A stretch of DNA of 63,998 nucleotides, filler included, from Circinaria calcarea (Eukaryota), in NCBI GenBank assembly GCA_051942165.1. It is 21 parts of 21 records of this genome, joined end to end, with 100 filler letters (N's around TTAATTAATTAA, not from the genome) between each part and the next. Parts side by side here need not be neighbours in the genome. Positions count along the whole stretch, not along the records: positions 24,512 to 27,470 come from JAVECS010003147.1; positions 27,571 to 30,528 come from JAVECS010003148.1; positions 30,629 to 33,585 come from JAVECS010003149.1; positions 33,686 to 36,640 come from JAVECS010003150.1; 17 more parts are not named here. One strand, written 5' to 3'. Within the stretch, counting starts at the first letter, position 1, and each line of letters opens with the position of its first letter. This document shows positions 25,144 through 35,763 of this stretch, in pieces. A program made the position numbers and the translations under genes. The notes below the pieces were generated by a model that searched no databases, had not been told where the DNA came from, and saw nothing but the letters and a program-made list of their open reading frames with translations.

Positions 25144-26781
25144 CTACTCCATCTCCCCCCTCCCAGCCAAATATCCGGCCGCCTCCGCAAGTGCCTCCGC
25201 CTCCGCCGCCGCTTCCCGCTCCACCAACGCGTCGCGCTTGAAGATGCTCCCGAGCAGACTGCGGAGCATGAGCGAGAGCTTGGGGTCGCGGGCGAAGAGC
25301 TCGGCGGGGGTGGTCGCGGCTTCGGGGGAAGCGGAGCGTTCTTCAAAGTCGCGTTCTTCGAAATCACGTTCCTCGAAATCGCGTTCTTCGAAATCACGTT
25401 CATCGATATCACGTTCTTCAAAGTCAGCTTCCCTAGTAGCGACCTTCTTTGCACTCTGTGCTGGCTTGTTTGCACCCTGTACTGGCTTGTTTGCACCCTC
25501 CGCAGGCTTCTGTGCATTTTTATCCTTGGACTTCTTCGCATTCCCTTCAGGTTGCTTTGCCTTCTCCCCTGTTTTCTTGGCATCCTCACCAGGCATTTCT
25601 GCTTTCCCTTCTAGTTTCTTGACCTTCTCCGCTTCGGGGCTAGTCTTTTTCTTGGTGGCAGTGTTCTTGTCGGTGGCAATGTTCTTGTCAGTGGCAGCGT
25701 TCTTGTCAGTGGCAGCGTTCTTGCCAGTGCCAGTGTTCTTGTCAGTGGCAGCGTTCTTGTCAGTGGCAGCGTTCTTGCCGGTGGCAGCGTTCTTGTCAGC
25801 ACCAGTTATCTTCTTTCCGCCAGCTTTGTTCTGAGCTTCAACGTCCGATTCGCTCTTTTTTGCGCCCTCTTTGCCGACGGGCTTCTGATCTTTCGAGCCC
25901 TTGCCTTTACCGTTAGAGGGTTGGTTGTCTTTAGTCTTGGATTGTTTTGCGTGTTTGTCCGCGTTCTTTCCACCCTTATGTTCATTGTGCTTTGAATTTT
26001 TGGACGAGCCTTTTGAATTTCTATGATTTGGGTTGCTCGAGGACGATTTTGATTTGGTGTGTTCAGTCTTGTATTTCTGTTCGAGCGCCTCAAATTTGGT
26101 CTTCCACGGATCTTCTTTCTCTGCCTTAGTCTTAGCCTTCTCGTCCGACGGCTTCTTCCCTTCAGCCTTCACAGCTGACTTTTTCCCATCAACATTTGTG
26201 GATTCCTTCTTCGCCTCAGTCTTTGTAACTTCCTTTTGTACATCTGGCATTTTGGCCGATTTGTTAGGTCCATCAGCTTTCTTTTCCGCGGTGCTATCGA
26301 GCTTAGTCTCCAATGAGTCCAATGCTCGCCGAAGAACTGCCAATTGGCTTCGAACTTGAGACTCTGATTTCTGCTGAATTACGGGATTTTCGGACGCCTT
26401 GTTTAATGAGCCTTTTTGCTGTCTCAAACCTTGGGGTTCAGCCTGAGAGTACGGCTTGGCTTTGAAATTTTGCTTGGCTTTGGAATTTGGCTTGGCCTTA
26501 GACTTGGGCTTGGACTTGGACTTGGGCTTTTGTTGAGGTTGCTCCGACTTATACTCCGTGGTCTTTTCAGCCTTCACCTCGTATGGATCTTCAGCCTTGC
26601 CGGCAGGTGGTAGTGCTGCATTATGACCAGCTGGTGCAGCGCCAGCAAGCGGCTGACCTCCGGATTGTTGAATAGCCTTCTGACCGCCCGGTGCTGCACC
26701 CGCAGCTTCTGGAGCGACTGGTGTACATTGTGAGAGCGTAGCAATGGTAGCCAAGACGGCCAACTTATTTAAAACAACCAT
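25144..26781 (-). CDS. 545-aa secreted Lys-rich low-complexity protein with C-terminal acidic pro-peptide repeats
   Basis: Signal peptide MVVLNKLAVLATIATLSQC. (DKNAAT)x8 at 25654-25797, (DFEER)x6 at 25336-25425, and KR and EA-dipeptide motifs at the C-terminus. Confidence 0.85.
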   Translation of the reverse strand: MVVLNKLAVLATIATLSQCTPVAPEAAGAAPGGQKAIQQSGGQPLAGAAPAGHNAALPPAGKAEDPYEVKAEKTTEYKSEQPQQKPKSKSKPKSKAKPNSKAKQNFKAKPYSQAEPQGLRQQKGSLNKASENPVIQQKSESQVRSQLAVLRRALDSLETKLDSTAEKKADGPNKSAKMPDVQKEVTKTEAKKESTNVDGKKSAVKAEGKKPSDEKAKTKAEKEDPWKTKFEALEQKYKTEHTKSKSSSSNPNHRNSKGSSKNSKHNEHKGGKNADKHAKQSKTKDNQPSNGKGKGSKDQKPVGKEGAKKSESDVEAQNKAGGKKITGADKNAATGKNAATDKNAATDKNTGTGKNAATDKNAATDKNIATDKNTATKKKTSPEAEKVKKLEGKAEMPGEDAKKTGEKAKQPEGNAKKSKDKNAQKPAEGANKPVQGANKPAQSAKKVATREADFEERDIDERDFEERDFEERDFEERDFEERSASPEAATTPAELFARDPKLSLMLRSLLGSIFKRDALVEREAAAEAEALAEAAGYLAGRGEME

Positions 26782-27570
26782 TTTTCGTGAATGTAATGGT
26801 AAGGGGGCAAATGAAGATGGTAATGGTTCAACTAAAAAGGATCGTACTTAAATAACTAAATGTATAGAAAGACGAAGAGTCGGAGTCTATGCGGCCTTCC
26901 AGAGGCAATGAAGACAATTGGTTGGGAGGAGGGGTAATGGAGTCCGGTGTGGTAATGTGAGATGGTGTATTTGCAAGGGCAAAGGGTACTTCTTATAGAA
27001 TAATCACAACGATTTAGAAAACAATAGCATGCCAAGATCACAACTCGTGGGAACGCAACAGGAGTTGAAGGTATGATCAAACGTGACACCACGTTTCCCT
27101 TCGGCGCAGTTCCCAGATATCGAATTTCCTCCGCAAACCAACGGTGTGTTTCGCATCATAGAGAACAACAAGGGAAAGCTGAATATCTGAGTGATTGAGA
27201 TAGCTAACCTCCGCTGACCACAGCTTAGTTTCTTTCAGTTGTCTCCCTACCTAGTAAGACAACATAGCTGATTGATGAACAACCAACAGAGAATGCCGCC
27301 ACGTCCGTCGCGTAGTCCTACTATGGGATCCGCGTATCTCCTACGCAGACTCTGACCATACACACCCTATACAGACAAGATGGATATCTTAGCGACATTA
27401 TTTCGATAGACTTGATTTGTACGGATATGCCAGCTCTAGCTTAGGCTCTTCATACAGCTTCAAACTGTAGNNNNNNNNNNNNNNNNNNNNNNNNNNNNNN
27501 NNNNNNNNNNNNNNTTAATTAATTAANNNNNNNNNNNNNNNNNNNNNNNNNNNNNNNNNNNNNNNNNNNN

Positions 27571-28281
27571 CTCAGTGCAGCTGCTCCGGTTGTTGCATAT
27601 ACAGTTGACAAGCGTGCTCCTGATGTTGCCTACACTGTGGACAAGCGGGATGTTGCCTACACGGTCGATAAGAGAGCTCCGGATGTTGCCTATACCGTCG
27701 ACAAACGAGAAGTGGCTTACACTGCGGACAAACGGGACATTGCCTACACTGTCGATAAACGGACTCCAGATGTTGCCTATACCGTTGACAAGCGAGATAT
27801 TGCTTACACTGTTGACAAACGTTCTCCGGACGTTGCCTACACTGTCGATAAACGGACTCCAGATGTTGCCTACACCGTTGACAAGCGAGACGTTGCTTAC
27901 ACCGTCGATAAGCGAGACGTTGCTTACACTGTCGACAAACGGTCTCCGGACGTGGCATACACTGTCGACAAGCGGACTCCAGATGTTGCCTACACCGTCG
28001 ACAAGCGGACTCCAGATGTTGCCTACACCGTCGACAAGCGGACTCCAGATGTTGCCTACACCGTTGATAAGCGGGATGTTGCTTACACCGTCGACAAGCG
28101 GACTCCAGATGTTGCCTACACCGTCGACAAGCGTGATGTTGCCTACACTGTTGATAAACGATCTCCTGACGTAGCCTATACAGTTGACAAGCGGGACGTT
28201 GCCTACACTGTCGACAAACGGACTCCAGACGTAGCGACTACTCTTGACAAGAGGGACGTCGCCCACACGGTAGACAAGTGA
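27571..28281 (+). CDS. KEX2-processed repeat protein (KEP) / RiPP-like precursor, 23 units of (xP)DVAYTVD-KR, 5' truncated
   Basis: Open frame from the contig start: LSAAAPVVAYTVDKR-APDVAYTVDKR-DVAYTVDKR... Every unit but the last ends in KR. Confidence 0.92.
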   Translation, partial: LSAAAPVVAYTVDKRAPDVAYTVDKRDVAYTVDKRAPDVAYTVDKREVAYTADKRDIAYTVDKRTPDVAYTVDKRDIAYTVDKRSPDVAYTVDKRTPDVAYTVDKRDVAYTVDKRDVAYTVDKRSPDVAYTVDKRTPDVAYTVDKRTPDVAYTVDKRTPDVAYTVDKRDVAYTVDKRTPDVAYTVDKRDVAYTVDKRSPDVAYTVDKRDVAYTVDKRTPDVATTLDKRDVAHTVDK

Positions 28282-29186
28282 TATCAATGCATGATGGAGA
28301 TGCAAACAAGTAAGTAGTTCCTCGAGCCAGCGGAATCCTATGATGGTGACACTAACATGAACGGCCTCGTAACAGACTCACTTCGATGTTGTCCTTCTGA
28401 TTGAGACCTTCCCCTTCTCAACCGGCTCGGGCTATCAATTTTCACGAGGAGAGAGGTTAGGAAAGAGCATGGGAGATTCTGTTCAAGGCGAGCTTGGCTG
28501 AGAGGAACATTTCATGTGCAATGGGGAGCATGTTCAAAAGATTGACCCAAGGTCATTTTGCAAATATGCTATGCTTGGTCTAGAACCAGTCTTTCTTTAG
28601 CCTTTCATTTGTTCGATGTTCGGCTGGTAGCTTCCAATGAAAAGAACATCTGACTGGAAACAAGTCCACATTGAAATGAAAGCTTTTGATAACATCCAGA
28701 TTTGCAACGTAAACAGTAAATATCCTCCTGCGTTCGGTTTGATAGATCGGTGTTTGGTCGAATGTTTCTCTGAACACGTGAAGATTACTAGGATTAGTAT
28801 GGCTTATTATTGTGTGTGACGTTACAAGCTGGCCATTATCTACACGTGACCGTGTAGCCAATTTACACGAACCAAACGCGTCGAATCGTCAGAGGAGAGC
28901 TAGGAAAACACCGAGTACGGAGGTCGACATACAGATCATACACGTGGTACCATCTGGGCCGCCAAACAGCAAGCATCATTAACAGTCATCGAGTAGAGTC
29001 GCCAATGTGGCTAAAAGATTGCGAGGTAAACGGATTTTGTCAGCTCTTCTGATTCCGGACTCGAACCTCCCATCTTCACCGTGCCTTGTGCCATCTCCCT
29101 TCTCGGGGAACCTTTCTCGCTCTGTTACCTGCAGGTTACTGTTACGGCGGCAGAGTTTCTATGCTGCGAGTATACTAGAGCAAAAT

Positions 29187-30528
29187 ATGCCTCCGAAGCA
29201 GGCAACATTGGGGTATGTCAAATCGTCCCAGCAGACTCTAGGGTGGGCCCATTCTGAAATTCTATTTGCTTACAATCAATTTCTCAATTTGTTGACTGAT
29301 CATCATCGTTCCGCGTAGCAAATTCTTCGGTCAACCCAATGGAGTGGCAGCCAAGAAGCAGCAATCGACTTCAGCTTTCGAGAACTCGCATACAACCAAG
29401 GACAAGTTAGGCAAGACTCCGGATGGAAAGCCAGTAGCTAAGGCTGCAGATGAGCCGGAGAATAAGGAGGAGCCCGCTCAGGGAGTAGAGGATGAACACG
29501 ACGACGTTAAGATGGTCGATCGTGAGACTGAGGGGACAATGGAAAGCCTAACCAGAAAGGTTCCGCAGGGGAGGTAATTGAGGATAGGGACGGTGGGATG
29601 GTGAAAAACGAAGCATCAAATGGTGAGAGGAGACTTCTATCTTTGCCGTGTTTCCTTTTCCATCACAGCACATTAAACGGGGGCCATTGAGTTTAATGAG
29701 TTTACCTTCAGACCATGCCAACACCGAACATTCCGGAGAACCTTCAAGCATAGCCAAGTCTCCAGGTAAACGGGTTAAGTCTGACCTGAAGGAAGACGAA
29801 CAAGATGATAATGAGGATGTGGACGAGGAACCTGTTAAGAAACGTCCAAGGCGGGGGGAGACACGGAAAGAATCGAAGCCGAACAGTAAAAAATCTGCTG
29901 CTTTGCAACCTCGAGACTCGTCCGAATCCAAAAAGCCCAAACCCATTCCAAAGACTGATGGCAAGACTACCAAGCCCCATATTGACGAGAAGACAGCTGC
30001 AAAAAAACCCGATAAGTTGGGATCAAGGAGCAAAGCAAAGACAGCAGTATCAGAAAAAGCATGCGAGAAAAAGACACCAAAGGAGACTCTCTCTCCGAAG
30101 CCTACAAAAGCTGTACAGACCCTGGAAGAGGTAGACGAGGATGCCCAAGAGGTTGAAGATGAAGAAGGCGACTCCGAAGAGGATGAGAAGCCTGAAATCG
30201 CTGCCAAAGCTCGGGAAAAGGTTCAGTCAACGCTTAAAAGCCAAGGCAAAGATCCATATCCTGATTGGAAACCTGGAGAACCAGTACCGTATGCTGCCTT
30301 GTGTACAACATTCTCTTTGGTGGAGCTTACCACAAAACGTCTCATAATCTCCGCCCACTGTTCCCTTTTTCTACGTCAAGTGTTACGTCTCACACCCGAA
30401 GACCTTCTGCCTACAGTTCTACTGATGATCAACAAGCTCGCTGCTGACTACGCTGGTATCGAGCTTGGTATTGGAGAGTCATTAATCATGAAAGCTATAG
30501 GGGAGAGCACAGGGAGAAGTCTTGCAAC
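29187..30528 (+). CDS. CDC9: DNA ligase I (Cdc9/Cdc17), N-terminal part
   Basis: MPPKQATLG...QQTLG/KFFG (PIP-like box across an intron), charged linker, WKPGEPVPYAALCTTFSLVELTTKRL, LAADYAGIELGIGESLIMKAIGESTGRS. Confidence 0.93.
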
Positions 30529-30629
30529 NNNNNNNNNNNNNNNNNNNNNNNNNNNNNNNNNNNNNNNNNNNNTTAATTAATTAANNNNNNNNNNNNNNNN
30601 NNNNNNNNNNNNNNNNNNNNNNNNNNNNG

Positions 30630-30869
30630 CTCGGCACCCTCAGCGCCATGACGACGGGCGACGTGCTGAACACGCTGCAGAATCTGAACATGCTGCGCTA
30701 CTCCAAGGGCGGGCATGTCATTGTGCTGATGGATGCCATTGTCGAGCAGCAGGAGAAGATGAGGCAGCGCGAGAGGGAGAAGGGCCGGGGAAGGAGGAGG
30801 ATCGAGCCCGAGCGGTTGATGTGGAAGCCGCCGGTTTTTACGGCCAGTTCGAGGACTTGGAATTGGTAG
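30630..30869 (+). CDS. ESA1: C-terminal fragment of MYST histone acetyltransferase Esa1
   Basis: [27 protein letters not shown]...[22 protein letters not shown]. Confidence 0.9.
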   Translation, partial: LGTLSAMTTGDVLNTLQNLNMLRYSKGGHVIVLMDAIVEQQEKMRQREREKGRGRRRIEPERLMWKPPVFTASSRTWNW

Positions 30870-32506
30870 GGCCGGGCCGGGTCCGGGCGTCAGACTGTCT
30901 GGCTGGAAAGGGGGATAATTCGTTTTTAGCATGGCGTCTAGCCGGGGGTTGAACCATGTTCGTAGAATTCCCTGTGAAAGAGAGAGAGAGCAGAGAGCAG
31001 AGAGCAGACAGCAGAGAAAAGGCCCAACTTATGTTTTTTACTACCGTATGCCTTCGATGATGGGGGGGATTCTTCATAGTCTGTGAAACGAAAAAATCCT
31101 CTTCAACGAGGACATCAAACCGGAAAGGGTCTCCTCAACAACTCTCGTAGCAGAGGCAGATATTTGGTGCTAACACGCAGCTCTCGGCATACATGCTCAA
31201 ATTCTCAACTGACCCAAACATACGCCAAAGTCAATGAGTTTGGTTGTATGATGCCAGATAGCGTTTTTGCCCTTGTAGAAACCGGTATTGAACCTATCCC
31301 CTTTGCATACACGGAGTCATAAGTTCTGCTGGGTTTCGAAAAAGTAAGCCAAGCCGGGAAGAGTGGACAGGGGGGGGGTATCTGTGCTTGGTTCTATACG
31401 AGCCGGACAGAATTACTTGGAAAGAGGAGGGAAAAAAGTTATAATATCCGTAGATACACGCTAGAAATCCGGGAAATAACTCCAAATGTTCCTTGGAGAT
31501 CGATGTGCGGCAATGCCAGGCAAATCCCCCACCGCATCTCGCGCCTTGCAACGTATCCAGGTGTGGTGTACATCGAACGATACCATAGCCCCATATGGTA
31601 ACTCGGTAGTCTTGAAGAAAGAAAGAACCCCCACCCGTATATCGAGAAGGAGGGCACTAAAGAAGTCGTTGTACCCCACCCACCTCGGAGAATTTCCGTA
31701 TACAGTATCTAAAATATTGCAATACCGGTTGCAGGGGCCATTCCATCGATAGGGATTTGAGGGATACAAGTGTCATGTTGTGGTCAGTCGAGCGAAACGC
31801 TACCATCGATCTCACCGTTGCCGGACTGGATAACCGGGTAGCCAAGTTCGTGGTCGGCAATAGGGAAAAGGATTGGGGGGGCTAGAATATGCTGTCTACG
31901 TAGTAAGCAAGTACGCAATGGAACAGAGTAGCCATCGCGCCTTCAATTGCGACTACTTCGTATACAAATTAAGCATCCGACGTCGACAACTACGAAGTCA
32001 AGAGACCTTGTTTCGGCCTGATCCGAACCGGTTGGACCCTGCAGCTGTGGGAGGCTGATCAGGGACAGGCGACGAGGGAAAGTCTTAGCTTCTGGCCGCG
32101 GTATTTTTTCAGGAACTGCTGCAATGTGACATCATCAACCACTCGAAATCGTTACAGCCGAATATAATGTGTACAAATCCTATCAGATACGCCAGAGAAA
32201 CCGGATCGATGCCAGGGGACATTGCGGCTCTCCAGGCTCCCAACGGTGAGACCAAATGGAAGCAGAAAAGTCCGAGATCCGTCCCGCCCCACCGCCATTA
32301 GTGTATTTGTCTAATCAGTAATAGTGTGGAATGGGGGTCGACTCTAAGGTAAGGCAGCCAAGCAGTCGGGATCAATAACTTACTTCATGCGTCTTTCGCG
32401 CGCACAACCTACGCAGAGAATCTCACCGTCTTGACAATTGAACTTGCTCGACGGTTCCAGGCACTCTGCTCTATACACGAAACCAGCCGTAGTCCTTGCA
32501 TCCATC

Positions 32507-33585
32507 ATGCCCATCACCTCTGCAATCAATGGCACCTTGGATGTAATCCGGGCACACGTCGGATCTGTCACCTGGGGCCCGTTGGTGACCCTGTCACGCA
32601 GCGTCGTGCTTTCTCTTCTCAAGCGTGTAGAGCTGGGGCAAATCGTAGTGACCGACTCGAATGGAGCTGTCACCGTCTGTGGCAGCCGGCAACCGAAAGA
32701 TGGCACGCCCAGCACGGAATTGAGAATACTGAAGGAGGCATGCTGGGTGCGACTGCTACTCTTCGCGGACATGGTAAGAACGCCGGGTCCCTGAAGTGCC
32801 CGATACAAGGTCCGTCGTGACTGAGAGAGGAGGGTTAGGGATTCGCAGAAAGCTATATGCTTGGAGAGGTGATCTGTCCAGACCTGGTTGCGTTTTTCAA
32901 GGTCCAGCACCCACGCCCGAGTCTGAGCAGGAGACACCCGCTAATGTACCTAGATCTTCATCTTGAATCGCAAACAACTGTCCAATGCCACCACTCTAGC
33001 TTCTTCGGTGGCCTCCACCATCACCAGCCTGGCCCGTAGCACCAACACCATGACCAATTCTCAGCTGAACGTCTCGGCTCATTACGACATCAGTAACACC
33101 ATGTTCGAGGCATTCCTGTCCGATGACATGACATATTCCTGTCCCATATGGTCGCCGAATTCTGATCCGACCTCCACATTCGAGACCCTTGAAGAAGCCC
33201 AGGAAACAAAGTTGCAACAGTTTATTACATACGCCCGCATCAAGCCTTCCGATCATGTTCTTGAGATCGGTACAGGCTGGGGAAGTTTCGCAATCGCAGC
33301 GGTAAGGAAGACAGGATGCAGAATCACTAGCTTGACCTTAAGTAGAGAGCAAAAAGCGCTAGCAGAGAAACGGATAGCAGCAGCAGGGTACACAGACAGG
33401 ATTGAGATCCTGCTATGCGATTACCGCGCGCTACCCACTCCGATAGAGGGCTTGTACGACAAGGTGGTGAGTATCGAAATGCTGGAAGCTGTCGGACGAG
33501 AATATTTGGACACCTATTTCGAGTGCGTGAATCGATTGCTGAAGCCGGATGGAGGCATTGCCGTATTCCAGTGTATAACAATGCC
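32507..33585 (+). CDS. Cyclopropane-fatty-acyl-phospholipid synthase-like SAM methyltransferase (3' truncated)
   Basis: NVSAHYDISN, FLSDDMTYSC, TLEEAQ, VLEIGTGWGSFA, LTLSREQ, CDYR, YDKVVSIEMLEAVG. Two introns. Confidence 0.92.
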
Positions 33586-33685
33586 NNNNNNNNNNNNNNN
33601 NNNNNNNNNNNNNNNNNNNNNNNNNNNNNTTAATTAATTAANNNNNNNNNNNNNNNNNNNNNNNNNNNNNNNNNNNNNNNNNNNN

Positions 33686-35358
33686 TTTGAGAGTCTTTGA
33701 ATCTTTTTGGCCCTGTGTAGCAATCTTGGCAACGTTACGATTCTCCTCATTGCTTTGGAACGCGATTCGCTTCAGGACATCGAGATGATCTTGCATTGCT
33801 TGACTCGTCCTTAATATGACCTCGTCATTGCGATATTCCAAGATATTAGATAGCTACTTAGCAATACATCAGCAGAGACTTATTAACAACAGTTAGGGGT
33901 GAAATAGACAGACCAGGCTAGCTGTTCCAGATGAATATTGGAGCATAGTAGCTACTTTACGGCCGTGGACCCTAATTTGACCGGTATATCTCTCAAACCC
34001 AGCAGAAATTTTCTCGCTTGGAATGGTGCTGTAAAGAGATCTGATTCTCTGATCGTGTGAATTGCAACCCTGTGCAATAGCCAGGGACGAATCGAGTACC
34101 GATAATGTTCTGAAAAGCTTTTGTCGAATAAGCTGTAGCCTCTGACCATCTGCAAATGTAATCGAGTGGTCGTGTAATTTCCGGACTCCAACGCTCGAAA
34201 AACAAGCTTTATAATCCTGTTATTTACTTAATTAAATCCGTTCTCAGCAATTGAGACTGACACTAACCAGCCCTTTAACCTCAGCATCCAGATCATCGAT
34301 GTAACTTCCCCAGTTGCTCGCCGTCCATGAGAGGAAGAGAGTATGAAGAAGCATCGGACTTCTCTCAACGTCATTCATAGCTCTTGACTTATCACCAAGG
34401 ATTGCAAGTAGGCATTTACGCAGAGTTTCGGATGGTTGTAAAAGTATCCAAACTGATCTTCTAGTTCTGAGATTGCTCTGCTGATAGATTCCTGTTTGCC
34501 GTAGCGACCAAGGGCTGCCGGTGCACCGGCCATGCCTCTCCACGTAACGAATATTGTAGCAAATTTCTGCATATAGAATTTAGATAGCTCCACTCTAGAC
34601 CAGTTGTCTGTGAGGCATACCATATTGTAAATCGTCGTTACCCTCCCCCAATCTATCAGAAACGAAAGTATGGTGGCCATCCCATATCTTGTGGTCCTCT
34701 TCTGTTTTCAAACCGAATCCATGTAGGCTGTCTAAAAATGGAAAGAACACGGCATGGCAAGTGAGTACCTTTTGGAAGCTTCTCTTCGTGGCCTTGAACC
34801 GTCCCCAAGAATTCTCCTGTCGGAATATGCTTGAATGTCCAGTAAGATGCTTGGGCGGGACATCAGTTGAAACGAAACTTACTAGTAAGCTTCCTTGGAG
34901 CTGGTTTTGTTCACCTAAATTACTCGTCAATTCCTTAGACTTTTTAGATCGCTATGAGAAGACAGCACGCTAGACGAGACTCCACGTTCCCAGGGAAGAA
35001 TCTTCATATATATACCTGCAACAATTCCTCAAGCGACTCGGGACTATCGATTGATTGTGTTTCCACGTCTATATAGTGTAAGATATTAGCTTGACATACA
35101 CATCTCTAAGCCAAAGCCAGAGCCTATTGATCTTGTCTCTAGTGCTAAGATGTTTGAAGTCTGACCTTTGTTGTCAGAAACACGAATTGACTCTAACTGA
35201 TCGGTTTGCGTAGAGAAGAGCCGGGGAGAGTCTTCATTGAAGCGCCGGTGGTAGAAGTCGGAATCTTGATCTACTTCATCATGGAATTTCTTAAGATCCG
35301 GGTACGTCTCCCATCCTTCACATAGTTGCTCAGTCAACATATCACTAGCGTAGGACAT
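33686..35358 (-). CDS. Fungal CorA-like domain protein (3' truncated before the TM helices, multi-intron)
   Basis: IFRQENSWGRF, VFFPFLDSLHGFG, EICYNIRYVERHGR...PWSLRQTGIYQQ, WILLQPS, PMLLHTLFLSWTASNWGSYIDDL, QKDSKTLK. Confidence 0.7.
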
Positions 35359-35445
35359 TGCTGTCGCACAAAAGATATCTCTTCAGAACAGGATCTGAAG
35401 AGGATACTGCTCTAACATCACGCCTCATAAAATATAAACAAATAC

Positions 35446-35505
35446 GCAAGGCTTCCAATAGTGCAGCCGGTGCAGTGCAGAGCACTGCACTATTGGAAGC
35501 CTTGC
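35446..35505. repeat. 60-bp hairpin: perfect 21-bp inverted repeat flanked by direct repeat AAATAC (MITE-like)
   Basis: GCAAGGCTTCCAATAGTGCAG (35446-35466) pairs with CTGCACTATTGGAAGCCTTGC (35485-35505). AAATAC at 35440-35445 and 35506-35511. Confidence 0.85.
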
Positions 35506-35763
35506 AAATACATCTCGAGCCCAGCTGCATTTAGTTTAAGTACCGTTACACAAACTATTACTCAGCCTCATCGTTTCTGCGGCTTTACGCCCGCCAGACG
35601 GCCTTTGCTGCCTGGCACGCCTGGCTTCTTGTTTCACTCCTTAAAAGAAACCAATAGCAACGGGTTCAGAGGCACACTTTAGCATACTAGACTCGAATTC
35701 GTCGCCCCAGTTCACCCACAACGCTCCAGCAGAGCAATATTACCACGCTCCTTGTGCCTGGTC

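Noticed and set aside
27571..28281. Alpha-factor-like pheromone precursor, or CRISPR-like array
   Set aside because: The core lacks the Trp/Cys/GQ pattern of Pezizomycotina alpha-type pheromones. The repeats are coding, vary at synonymous sites and have no unique spacers.
27523..28305. Long antisense and alternative-frame ORFs over the repeat genes (also 22647-23417, 25045-25834, 49901-51169)
   Set aside because: Shadow ORFs produced by stop-poor repetitive coding sequence.
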